Assembly (NCBI GenBank): GCA_964016885.1
Contig: OZ024746.1
Coordinates: 23,312,001 to 23,376,000 of the forward strand
Source: Eledone cirrhosa
Taxonomy: Eukaryota
Reading direction: 5' to 3'
Length of the DNA stretch: 64,000 bases
Shown: piece by piece, positions 1 to 12,462 of the stretch
How positions within the stretch are numbered: the first letter of the stretch is position 1
Layout: the number at the start of each line of letters is the position of its first letter
Made by a program: the position numbers and the translations under genes
Notes under the pieces: model-generated
Seen by the model: only the letters and a program-made list of their open reading frames with translations
Told to the model about the DNA's origin: nothing
Database searches by the model: none

Positions 1-1870
1 GCTGTACATTGAAATACAGTTGCTATAAAACCATGTGGAATGTTCTTAAGAAATTCTGCATGAGAGAGAAACAACAAGATACACTAACACCTCCATCCTA
101 CACTAAATGCAAACAGTTCTTTGTTTCGATTAATTTTTTTTTTTTTTTTTCATATTTAATTTCTTTTTTTTTTTGCTTTAGGTTTTTTTTTGTTTTTTTT
201 TTATTTCATTTAATTTTTTTTCAAACAGAATCTTTCACCACAAAAAATAATAGAGGGAAAATTTACTGTACACATTTTTGTTTAATAAGTGTGCCTGTGG
301 CCTGCATGCTATATCAGTACAACTGACAGCCTACCACTACAACAATCACAAGAATACTGCCATCAAAACTTAGTCTTCACACTCCACTCCACCCCACCAC
401 CAGTGTCTACTAACTACCAAAATATTCATCAAGCTACTTTTTAAATAAATAATGAATATCTTTAACAAGATGCATTTTTATCAGTATATACTTCAAATAT
501 TTTAACAATTGTCATAAGAAAAAAAAACAAAAAAACATGAAAACAGCTCCACTCATCATATTTGTGTGGGGTTTTAGTAACATCTAATAACTTAGATGTT
601 AAAACAAAAATATTTTTCACAAAGGAATGAATATTTTGATGTAAATTTTATCTAATATTTAAGAATCCAAATTATAAATCCCATATATATAAAACGGACC
701 CTTTTTAGACAATTTATAACTATATTAAAATTATGCATCAGAGAAATGATGAACCAATGAAGGGCTCTGCTTTCAATCTATTCTTAGCCAAAATATTTCA
801 TCTGGTAGTTATATTGGTCTCCAACACAAATCTTATATTTAGATCCATAATCTATTTGTTTGATAAGAGAAAATACAGAGGCTTGTTATCCCAGAAAATT
901 TTCAATTTTTATTGATTCATTTTTTATTTTTTTTAGAAATAAAAATCTAAATTTAAAAATTAAAAAAAAAAAAAAAAACAGGAATAAAGACAAAAGAAAA
1001 TTTCCAACTGGGATGTTTAATGGTCAGCATCATCACTGTTGCTGTTTCTAAATGGTCAGACAATCAGTTTTTTTTTATAGTTTTTTTTTTATTTTTACAG
1101 CCCAATGCTGCCGGACACCAAGCCAGGGAGTGTGTCCTGTCACATATGATACACCAGAGACAACTGGCTACAGCTACTAGTTCTGGAAGCTGGCCTCAGT
1201 ATTAAGAAAACTTTTATTTCTTAAATGTCATACCCTGAGAGAAGCTAGTTTTAATACTGAAAGAATTATTAGACACACACGAACAGAGAATTACAAAAGA
1301 CAAGATAAAGGAAGAGATAGTGGCTAGCATGTAAAGAAAAGAAACGAAAAACAAAAACAGAACCCAACAAAAATCAGAGAATTGGAAAGGGTGGGTCAAC
1401 GAAATATAATTAAATGCTCTTGTCTATAAAAACATCAATGAAAGTCGATTTAAAGAAGAAAATTTAATGAAACAACTTTGCCTTTAATATACATCTAACT
1501 ATGATAGCCTTTGGCAGAGTTATTAGATGGAAGAAGTCAAACATACAATAAGTCATGTGTGTAGCACAGAGTTATTAGATGGAACAACCCAAACATACAA
1601 TAAGTCATGTGTAGCACAGAGTTATTAGATGGAACAACCCAAACATACAAGTATGTCATGTATTCACACACAAACAGTACATTTACAAAGGACACTCAAT
1701 AAAAACAAACAAATCTGAAAAACCAAGATATGTTTGAAGAATTCACACACACACACCCACCCATGTTTGTGTGAACAAAATATCTGAAATTGAATTAATC
1801 CGGATTCCTTTCCAACTAATTTCTAAAATGATATAAAAACAATAAAACTAATATATATATACACATACAC

Positions 1871-1904
<34 letters not shown>

Positions 1905-2558
1905 AAAATAAAAACACCTATAAAAGGCAACAACAACAAAATAAAATGTATAAATATCAACAGTTTTTTTTAAGATTTGGTGTTTTAAAAACAGAAAGGC
2001 AGACATCTGGGGAGCAAATAAAAGTATTGGAGAGAATAACACAGAGGAGTTGGAAATACTTCAACAAGTTATTCAAGTAACTGGGGTTTTTTGTGTTTCT
2101 TTTTCAAAGACCTCACCCTATTTGTTATCAGTTCCATGGCACCAATACAATAGTGTGTGCGCATGCAGGTGTATAAGTATGTGTGTATGTATGTATATAT
2201 ATATATATATATATATTTGCAGCCTGCTTCACCTTCCTTACTCTTCAGCCCTTTCATCACTTTCATCATCAATAAAATTAACGAAAGTATTTTGTTTTTG
2301 TTTTTTCTGTTTTTTTTTTGTAATAGTCTTTTTTCTTGTTTTGTTTTGTAAATGTTGGTTGTGTGTGTGTGTGTGTGTGTGTAGTTATATTTAAACAAGA
2401 TTTGAACCAATGTAAAACACAGCAGTTTTTCCACATTGTCACTGTGATGTGATAGGGAAATAATACATGGAGCGGCTGCAAATTCCACATGAATAGGTTC
2501 AAACACTGAACTTTCCATGTGCTTGTATATATACGTATATATTTATATATACATACAC

Positions 2559-2611
<53 letters not shown>

Positions 2612-3903
2612 AATATATACATATATACATACATACTTTCCCAAATCTCTGTATCTGTCGGTCTTCCTAGGTTAGCAAGGATTGCCAATTCTATGAATCA
2701 GGTCTTTAAACAGGCAGAAATTAGTTTCATACAAATGTTTTAAAAAAGAACCAATCAACTGTAATAACAATGGCAACTTATCAATTAATACATCCACAGT
2801 TTCCTCTTCTTCCTTTATCAATTGGCTCTAAATATTCAATTTAGAGAGAAATCTACTTAGGACTGAAATGATAAACAGAAAATTAGAATCTAAAACCCTA
2901 ATTTCATCAGGCAAAAGCATTCCAATTACAAAACATAAATTTACATGATTCTTAAAAAGTATAATACACTTTTCCCTTTTATTTCATGTTTCAAATTCAA
3001 AGTAAAATACTAAATTTTTTTCTCTTTTAAACATTTTTGTGAGAATAGAGAAAGGTTTTAAAATGTTAACATTTCATTTCAGGAAGGAAAAAAAAAAAAA
3101 ATTTTTTTTTTTACAAAAGTACTTTTCTCTTTCCAGACACATTATCCTCTCTCCATGTTGTTAGGGGAAGTCAGGAAACCTTTAAAATCCAAAAATAATA
3201 AGAACATAAAGTAACAAAAAAAAAAAATTTTAATCCTCCTAGCTGATTGACAATCATAATTATTGAAAGAGGATAAATAAAATGTATAAAATTAAAGGTG
3301 TGCCTGACAGCAAAGAAAAGGAACGAGAACAGCATTTTCCTATTGAAACCAGCTTATGGTTAGAATTTTGGAGAAGACGAAGACAGGAGGAAGAAAGAAA
3401 GACGTGAGCAAGTGAAACATGAGATATCACTGTTCTCTCTTCCTTGATTGTATCACTAAACAACCTCTCAGTAGAATACCACACTCTTTCTCTCTCTCTA
3501 CATCTCTCAGATACATCACCTCAGTTTATTTTCAAATTTACAGTTTATTTTTTTCTTCTAATGTTAAAAAGACAAAACAAAGGTTGTTCTACATATTCCT
3601 TTTTCTTTCACTTGTACACATCTATGGAGATCCGCAGCAGTGACCACCAAATGGCCAGAATTAGTGGTGGTGATGGTGGTGGTGGTGGTGGTGGTGTTAA
3701 ATTGTAGTAGAGTAATAACAGTGGTAGTAGTAGTAATTGGTAAGAGAAATGATAATAGCAGTCATAGTGATAACAGTAGTAGTAGTAATGTTTGTAGCTG
3801 TAAGAATCATAGCAGTAGTCATGTGTGACAGAAAGTGGTTGGTGGTAGGTGTTGGTACATGAATTTCTAGAAAACCATCAGTGAACCTTCGCAGTAGAGT
3901 TCC
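1..3903 (-). other. Probable long 3' UTR of the PPM1A/B-like gene
   Basis: Follows the predicted stop. Only simple repeats, with none of the TE fragments that fill the introns. The true polyA site cannot be determined. Confidence 0.5.
1514..1660. repeat. ~52-bp tandem repeat, ~3 copies
   Basis: cagagttattagatggaacaacccaaacatacaataagtcatgtgtag repeated at about 1514, 1567 and 1617. Confidence 0.85.
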
Positions 3904-3921
3904 TTAATCACTACAGAAGCT
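3904..3921 (-). CDS. PPM1B: Probable last coding exon of the PPM1A/B-like gene (SFCSD-stop in phase 0)
   Basis: Very long polypyrimidine tract (3925-3975 on the minus strand) ending ttctag|AGC TTC TGT AGT GAT TAA, followed by repeat-poor UTR-like DNA. Too short for homology support. Confidence 0.6.
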   Translation of the reverse strand, partial: SFCSD

Positions 3922-5040
3922 CTAGAAAAAAGGGTGGAAAAAAAAAAAACAAAAAAAAAAAAGAAAGAGAAAAAGGAAACACGTGATCAGACATAAAACT
4001 AAGAAATATGGAATCACAATTTAATAATTAAGAAACAATATTTTATTAGAAAGATGTAGAGAAGAAGGCATCAAAATTAGTATTACCATATTTCCTTGTG
4101 TATAATAAGAGAAAGTTTGAACTTAAGGGTTGTAGTACACATTTTCAAAAAGTTTTACTGAACTTAAAAATACTCATTTCAAATGGCGAGATTGCAAATA
4201 CACATTGATAATTATTTACAAATCGTATTTGATATATCAGCAAAATTTGCTAAATATTCCATTGTTTTACATTCTTTAATGTCATGAGAAAATTAATATT
4301 ATAGTGAAATGTGTGTGGGAGATTGAGATTTTACTCAATAACATGGCACAAGTTTACAAATATATTTACTCCAACATAGTTGCAGTCTGGGGTTACATTA
4401 TTCACAAGAATGCAATTTATTCCTATCTTTTAAATTGTTTTTTGCTTCAGAAATGGGTATATTATACTCAAGTCATATGATACACAAGGAAATACGATAT
4501 TTTACTGAGGAATATGAACAACAGAGACAGAATTATAAAGTGTTATTCTCAGGATAGAATAGCAAAAGCAAGTCCGTTTTTATTGAGAAATCCTTCTCAA
4601 ACCAAAATACACACAGCAGTAAGCTAACAGAAAACATTAACATGATAAATCAAAATTTTCTCCAAAACTTGTTTATTTTCTTAAGTAATGACAAATTCCC
4701 TCCAAGTGTTTATCTCCCTTGCTTAGTATATAGTCCTTTTTGTTTTTATTTAGCTGAAATCTAGAAAACAGTATTCTTAGCTATAAATATTATTATTATT
4801 ATTAAAGAAAGAATTATTAAACTCCAGAAATTAATACTACTGCACTTAAATTATATAAAAGATTGATTTGGAAAGATGAGATATCAGGATGGATCAAAAT
4901 TAGAAACATGCATAATGGGGCTGTTAAAATTGTGTTAGAAAATAAAATTCCACCCAACTATATATATATATACACACACACATACTTTGTTTTTGTATAT
5001 TTGTTTTGCAAGATTTTTTGTGAAAACGTATGTTGAAACT

Positions 5041-5345
5041 TATATTTTGGGAGGATCATGCTGACTAAAAAAAACAGTTGAATTTCACTTCAATTTATTA
5101 TTATAATTTCCCAGTTGGTTAGTTCAATAACTAGTTGGCTTTTTAATTGTTAATTATCAAAGCTCATCACAGAACAAAGAGGAGACACAAAGTAACAAAA
5201 GTACTCACTGAAGAGATCACAGAATGTGTGACGAAAGAGCTTTGACAATTAACTAAACAAGCATCTGGTTATGAAGCTAACTGATAGAAAATTATAATAA
5301 ATTGAGGTGAAATTCAATTAGTGCATGACACTCCCAAAGCATAAT
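5041..5345. repeat. Imperfect foldback resembling an inverted Penelope-like pseudo-LTR remnant
   Basis: 5041-5165 is a diverged reverse complement of 5237-5345. TA-rich flanks, an AATAAA and a hammerhead-like core are present. Confidence 0.6.
5205..5245 (+). ncRNA. Candidate minimal type I hammerhead ribozyme
   Basis: TCA-CTGAAGA-G(A)TCAC-agaatgt-GTGAC-GAAA-GAGC-TT-TGA: core boxes intact, with stem II and a 3-bp stem I. Confidence 0.4.
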
Positions 5346-5401
5346 ATAATATATATGGAAGCTGTGTTGTAGATTTAAAGCTATATAAATAACAACAAAC
5401 A

Positions 5402-5513
5402 TTTATTGATGTGGTGACTCCATACTTGTGACAGTGACATTTATAATTTATTTATTTATATATATAAATTATAAATGTGACTGTCACAAATATGGAGTCA
5501 CCACATCAATAAA
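5402..5513. repeat. Near-perfect inverted repeat (~50-bp arms)
   Basis: tttattgatgtggtgactccatacttgtgacagtgacatttataattta ... taaattataaatgtgactgtcacaaatatggagtcaccacatcaataaa. Confidence 0.85.
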
Positions 5514-5669
5514 CTGGTACTCCAGTTTTGGCAAAGCTACTGACTAATCATATATATACATGTATATCATCCTTTATGTCTGCTTACCATGCAGGCACAG
5601 GTGGAACAGCTTATCACACTCCTTGGCTAAACTGGTCAGAAAAACTTGATCTTGCTGCACTTTCTAATA

Positions 5670-5735
<66 letters not shown>

Positions 5736-5824
5736 AAAAGCGGATGTAAAATGATATTTTATATATATATAATTGGTCCAATCCATGCCAGCCAGGAAAA
5801 TTAACAAAATGCTAATGATATAAT

Positions 5825-6010
5825 TGTTTCTACTATTGGCACAAGACCAGCAATTACCCAGTACATTACTGGTACTTTATTTTAATCAACCCCGTAAGGA
5901 TGAAAGGCAAAGTTAACCTCGGCGGGATTTGAACTCAGAATGGCAAGGGCCATAACTATGCGTCAAAGCATGGCGTCCGACCCTCCACCGATACTGCCAA
6001 TCCACCGCCC
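5825..6010 (-). mobile_element. tRNA-derived SINE, family A (Meta-like central domain), 10-bp TSD
   Basis: Head GGCGGTGGATTGGCAG, B-box GAGTTCAAATCCC, core GCCTTTCATCCTTACGGGGTTGAT..AAGTACCAG. TSD atgatataat at 5815-5824 and 6011-6020. Confidence 0.8.
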
Positions 6011-8393
6011 ATGATATAATGGAAGGCAAACATGTATTTAACATTTGACTAAGGTAATGCTCTTTAATGCATTTTACAGTGATCAAACCACAGGGAAATA
6101 TATGTGGTTCACTGTAGTTAGTGGTGAGAGAGAGAGAGGATTTTTACTGATTTGCTGTTTGAAATTCTTCAAACACTAGGGATTTCAATAATTCCAACTG
6201 GCAAAACTAACATTTTTTAATGTAGCTAATGTAGGTGTTATTGTGCAAATGTAGATATTGTGCAGATGCCGTTGCTATTGTACAGATGTCACTATTGTCC
6301 AATAATATAATTGCAATAGTGCAATGCATGGAAAACTAGAAGCTTCAAACTAGAGGTGGTGAGTGAGGAATATTAGCCCTTAACATCCTGTACCACATGA
6401 AATCACATTACCAAGACATTGAAGAGTACAAAACAGTACTATGACTGCATCACATTAAAAATGAAAGTCCTTAGATTATTGCATATTTTAACATTGATTT
6501 GTTCACTATGAAAGGTAATACAAACATTTAAATTAACAAACGTGTTTGAAATATTTTCTGTTGAATCATTACAGGATGTTAAGAGTTAAAATAAATGTTA
6601 TGGAAAAAGATGGTGTCAAACAAAACTGGCTAATCTGAAGAAGTTGAAAGTGTAACAGTAACTAGTTGGCTGTAAATGAAAGGTATTTTACTTCCTTAAC
6701 AAAAACTGGCATTTTTAAAGCTTATATAGACAAAGACGTTGAAATCTGAACTAAAGCATAATAGAAAATCATAGAATAATTTTATTTACCTTGAATAAAA
6801 AAAATGAAACAATTTTAACTATTCTTAATTTGTTTTCCTTTTACTGATCTTTAAATACTTTGTAGATTTTTTTTCTTTTACCAAAATAGGTTTTAATGAA
6901 ATAATTAAATAGAAAAACACATACATAGAAAAAAATCTGATAATGAAATATCAACATTCCAATATTTAAATAAGATAATACCTTTTGATTAGTTAAAAAA
7001 CAAAATATTTTAGCAACAACTTTACATAAAATCAAGTAAGTTGATCAGGTAGGAAATGTAGCAATTTATTATTCTAAGAAAATAACAAATAAATTAGATA
7101 ACATTGTAAAGATGCTGAAATGTTCTACTGTTAAAGCATCATCGATCTAATGTTACAGAAGGGAAACAATGGTCTTTTGTTATTGAAGGAAAAAAAAGAA
7201 AAAGAGCTGGGAACAAATATTGTTCATTAAAATATGGTAGAGGAGAAACTGAAATAATTTGCCATTGTGCATGAATACCAGCAGATATTGTGATCTACTT
7301 AGACCTTAAATAAGAGCAGAATCAGGTGTCATTTGGTTCCACTTAGAGGAAAGCAATTGTACAGCCAGGGTTCTAAACATACAAGATGTGTAAGACAGTT
7401 AGCTTGAAATTAAAATACAGGTTTCAAGGTATCTCATTCAATTGGAAGTGAAGGAAAAATTAAGTCAGTTCATTATTATTATTATATATGGGTTTTTTTT
7501 TTGCTCCATTATGTAAGGCTAAGATTGAACTGAAGTCAATGAAAGGTGAAGAATTTGCAAGAAAAGAAAGCAAGAGGATTATGGCCAAAATTAACCAAGT
7601 GTTTAAGATTAGAGTGCTGCTTGCTGAGAAGGTCCAACCTTGAAAGGAGGCAGCCTCTATTTAGAGCAGGCTGGATGGTCTGCCCATTGGTGAGTAGGCT
7701 TTAGTTCGAGTTCCTGCAAATCAAAAACAGTCCCTCATAAAATATTATTTAAAAGAAGTTAGCGAAGTAGAACATTTTTTTAAATTTAAATTTAGGTAGA
7801 ACTTAAAATGAACCAAAAATAGCTTTAATGAAAATAATGTTACATTAGAAGATGCATTATTACAGAATGTAATATTTTGAAACAAAAATAGTTAGCATCC
7901 CATCTAATTTACAAGTATATTATAACTTTGCATGCTTTACTCACATATGGCGAATTTGTTTTATGGCTTGAAATATAAATACTAATTTGAAGACTAGGGT
8001 ACAATCTTTGATACTACAGCACACTTAAATAGCCATCATAAAATCACAAAAACTCCACCTTAATACTACAAGTATCTTTGCTACTTCCTACACTGATAAT
8101 ACTATAGTTAAATATTTGTAATCAACGACAACATGGCATTTACATATAACTTCAAATCATATTGATTGGTATGGTTATAGAGTCATTTGTCATCAATATT
8201 TTTTTTTTTTATTTACTTAACAGTCACTTCCTCTTTGCTAAGCTTTGGTTACCTGTTAACCACCACCACCAGAACTACTCTCTTTGCTACGTATATCTCT
8301 TAGTTAATATGTATTCTACCATGCTTCCCTATTAACCCTCATCATAGCTACTTCTTTGCTGTATAAATATATCTCAGTTAATACATATCTTAC

Positions 8394-8410
8394 GAACTAC
8401 TGATACCTAT
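8394..8410 (-). CDS. Candidate 17-nt alternative microexon, or alternative last exon IGISSS-stop (8390-8410)
   Basis: tttttttttttgttcattttcattcttcag|ATAGGTATCAGTAGTTC|gtaaga: a strong acceptor and a consensus donor 17 nt apart. Confidence 0.4.
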
Positions 8411-9018
8411 CTGAAGAATGAAAATGAACAAAAAAAAAAATATTTAAAAAAATTAAATTTACAGCTCACATGAATGTGGGTTTAGCTGGCCTTCTAGAAG
8501 GGTTCACATAGGTTTCTCAGGTTTTTAGATGATAGGAACCTCAGCCTTATCATAAAAAACAATGTGAAATGTATTGCTCAAGAACATAACACATTGCCTA
8601 GTTCAGGAATGAAGCCCATAAACCATACGATTTTCAGTTCAACACTAATTACTAGGTCATAGATCTTCACTATATCTACCTCATAGTTAATATACATCTT
8701 TACCATGTTTCTTTGTTAATTACCACCACAACTCCTCCTTTGCTATATATATATATATATTCATATTCTTTAAGGCTAAGTTCAAGTCTTGATACACTTG
8801 AGTTTCTCCAGAGTGCTCACAAGAGAAACTCTAGAAAAACCAGAATCAAACTTGGCCTTAATAAAGAAAATATTAATATCTAGTTTGGTATTGAATACCG
8901 TCTAAAATGTTTAAAGTCTGTCTCAAGCCTGGAGGCTCTTCAGGCTCGTGTTTATCCCAGTTTCTGTGACATTAAGCGACTGAGAATACAAGACACCTTG
9001 TTGGACAAGACACCTAAT

Positions 9019-11486
9019 TGTATCACTAATAGTGCCACTACACAACCTACCAGTGTACGTGTATCATTAAGTGCTACTACACAACTTACCAGTGTAAGAG
9101 TATCACTAAGTGCTACTACACAGTCTACCAGTGTAAGTGTATCACTAAGTGCTACTACACAGCCTGCTAGTGTAAGTGTGTCATTAACAGTGCTACTACA
9201 CAGCCTACCAGCGTAAGTGTATCACTAACAGTGCTACTACACAGACTACCACTGTAAGTGTATCACTAACATTGCTACTACACAACCTACCAGTGTAAGT
9301 GTATCACCAACAGTGCTACTACACAGCCTGCCAGTGTAAGTGTATCACTAACAGTGCTACTACACAGCCTGCCAGTGTAAGTATCACCAACAGTGCTACT
9401 ACACAGCCTGCTAGTGTAAGTGTATCACCAACAGTGCTACTACACAGCTTGCTAGTGTAAGTGTATCACCAACAGTGCTACTACACAGCCTGCTAGTGTA
9501 AGTGTATCACCAACAGTGCTACTACACAGCCTACCAGTGTAAGTGTATCACTACCAGTGCTGCTACACAGCCTGCCAGTGTAAGTGTATCACTAACAGTG
9601 CTACTACACAGCCTGCCAGTGTAAGTGTATCACTAACAGTGCTACTACACAGCCTGCCAGTGTAAGTGTATCACTAACAGTGCTACTACACAGCCTGCCA
9701 GTGTAAGTGTATCACTAACAGTGCTACTACACAGCCTGCCAGTGTAAGCGTATCACTAACAGTGCTACTACACAGCCTGCCAGTGTAAGTGTATCACTAA
9801 CAGTGCTACTACACAGCCTGCCAGTGTAAGTGTATCACTAACAGTGCTACTACACAGCCTGCCAGTGTAAGTATCACCAACAGTGCTACTACACAGCCTG
9901 CTAGTGTAAGTGTATCACCAACAGTGCTACTACACAGCCTGCCAGTGTAAGTGTATCACTAACAGTGCTACTACACAGCCTGCCAGTGTAAGTGTATCAC
10001 TAACAGTGCTACTACACAGCCTGCCAGTGTAAGTATCACCAACAATGCTACTACGCAGCCTGCCAGTGTAAGTGTATCACCAACAGTGCTACTACATAGC
10101 CTACCAGTGTAAGTGTATCACTACCAGTGCTACTACACAGCCTGCCAGTGTAAGTATCACCAACAGTGCTACTACGCAGCCTGCCAGTGTAAGTGTATCA
10201 CTACCAGTGCTACTACACAGCCTGCCAGTGTAAGTATCACCAACAGTGCTACTACACAGCCTACCAGTGTAAGTGTAACACTAACAGTGCTACTACGCAG
10301 CCTACCAGTGTAAGTGTATCACTACCAGTGCTACTACACAGCCTACCAGTGAAGTGTATCACCAACAGTGCTACTACACAGCCTGCCAGTGTAAGTATCA
10401 CCAACAGTGCTACTACACAGCCTACCAGTGTAAGTATCACTAACAGTGCTACTACACAGCCTACCAGTGTAAGTGTATCACTACCAGTGCTACTACACAG
10501 CCTGCCAGTGTAAGTATCACCAACAGTGCTACTACACAACTTACCAGTGTAAGTGTATCACTAAGTGCTGCTACACAGCCTACCAGTGTAAGTGTATCAC
10601 CAACAGTGCTACTACACAGCCTACCAGTGTAAGTGTATCACCAACAGTGCTACTACACAGCCTGCCAGTGTAAGTATCACCAACAGTGCTACTACACAGC
10701 CTGCCAGTGTAAGTATCACCAACAGTGCTACTACACAGCCTACCAGTGTAAGTGTATCACCAACAGTGCTACTACACAGCCTACCAGTGTAAGTGTATCA
10801 CCAACAGTGCTACTACACAGCCTGCCAGTGTAAGTATCACCAACAGTGCTACTACACAGCCTACCAGTGTAAGTGTATCACCAACAGTGCTACTACACAG
10901 CCTACCAGTGTAAGTGTATCACCAACAGTGCTACTACACAGCCTACCAGTGTAAGTGTATCACCAACAGTGCTACTACACAGCCTGCCAGTGTAAGTATC
11001 ACCAACAGTGCTACTACACAGCCTACCAGTGTAAGTGTATCACCAACAGTGCTACTACACAGCCTACCAGTGTAAGTGTATCACCAACAGTGCTACTACA
11101 CAGCCTACCAGTGTAAGTATCACCAACAGTGCTACTACACAGCCTGCCAGTGTAAGTATCACCAACAGTGCTACTACACAGCCTAACAGTGTAAGTGTAT
11201 CACCAACAGTGCTACTACACAGCCTGCCAGTGTAAGTATCACCAACAGTGCTACTACACAGCCTGCCAGTGTAAGTATCACCAACAGTGCTACTACACAG
11301 CCTACCAGTTTAAGTATCACCAACAGTGCTACTACACAGCCTGCCAGTGTAAGTGTATCACTAACAGTGCTACTACACAGCTTACCAGTGTAAGTGTATC
11401 CCTGACAGTGCTACTACACAGCCTGCCAGTGTAAGTATCACCAACAGTGCTACTACACAGCCTGCCAGTGCTACTACACAGCCTAC
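9019..11486. repeat. Minisatellite, 39/41-bp unit, roughly 60 copies
   Basis: Unit agtgtaag(tg)tatcac(c/t)aacagtgctactacacagcct(g/a)cc, head-to-tail with no spacers. Units at the left edge are more diverged. Confidence 0.97.
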
Positions 11487-12407
11487 ATTCACTTGCTACA
11501 TAGATAGCACTGGATTTATTATAGACTAAAAAGAAAAAATTTTATATTGACATCTGAAATTTCATATTCATTTTTAGAAATTTCTCTATGAACAATTTTT
11601 CAAAACTACACCCTGTAAGGTGGTTGGCATTAGGAAGAGCATCCAGCCATCACACCATGCCAAATATGGAATGGTCTGACTGTGACAACCCATCCACCCA
11701 ATGGCAAGCATGAAAGTGGATGTAAAATGATGGTGAACCATACACATCATGGCATCCTTTTTGAGGCAATATTTTATGGATGGATGTCCTTCCTGGCACC
11801 AACCCTTTTAGACGCTTCTTACGACATGCAGAGATAATACAATAACATGGAGGCACTTATCATAGGGCCAACAAGGCTAACCCCTGCTTTAGCAAGGAAA
11901 ATTACCTTAAAATGTTAGATGTATGATTTTATAAAAGTGTTCTGATTTTATTTCAAGAACCATACTTCTGCTATATTTTCCCATCATTTTGATCATACAT
12001 TTTTTAAAAACCATTCTGATACCAACCCAACCAAAACCCAGTTCTGGTTCTATGAAACAAAATCATCCATTTTAAAGGGTTCCTATTTCAATCAAAATTT
12101 TCCAACATATAAGAACCATATGTTATTTCTTTTCTAATAATGAATTAATAATTTTAGTAAATCCTTCAAAATTCTTCATTAATTCAGAATATTTCATTAG
12201 AAATCATGGTCATGAATGGGTTAATCTATTGCTTGTTATCTCATCTGTTTTTACTATTTGCTAGTTATTAGATTTCAGTCCATCTAGATGTCAAGTCAGT
12301 CTGAAGGTGATAATAATAAGCAACAATTGTGTTGCTACTTATTTTCCAGTCCTCTGCAGCAATAAGAAATTATTTTTATATAGTTATGTAAATTACATAA
12401 TACTTAC

Positions 12408-12462
12408 ATCCTCAATTTTTCCAGGTCTGAGTCGCTTTAAAATACTGCCAACTGTCATTCTC
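12408..12462 (-). CDS. PPM1B: PPM1A/B-like coding exon 4 (55 nt; K-RMTVGSILKRLRPGKIED)
   Basis: Not in the ORF track. Acceptor ttcttaag|G completes AAG (K) in phase 2 and the donor is GAT|gtaagt. The peptide resembles the vertebrate KRNVIEAVYNRLNP segment. Confidence 0.85.

Noticed and set aside
1848-2743. Several 60-150 aa ORFs
   Set aside because: Translations of (TA)n, (CA)n and poly-T tracts with no protein-like content.
8915-8945. Hammerhead-like CTGAAGA-GCC-tcca-GGC on the minus strand
   Set aside because: No GAAA box follows, and it lies in a decayed family B SINE tail.
9019-11486. CRISPR array or repetitive protein (SVSITNSATTQPA or CYYTACQCK ORFs)
   Set aside because: There are no unique spacers and no cas genes, and the context is eukaryotic. 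Mixed 39/41-bp units break every frame, so the ORFs are by-products of the repeat.
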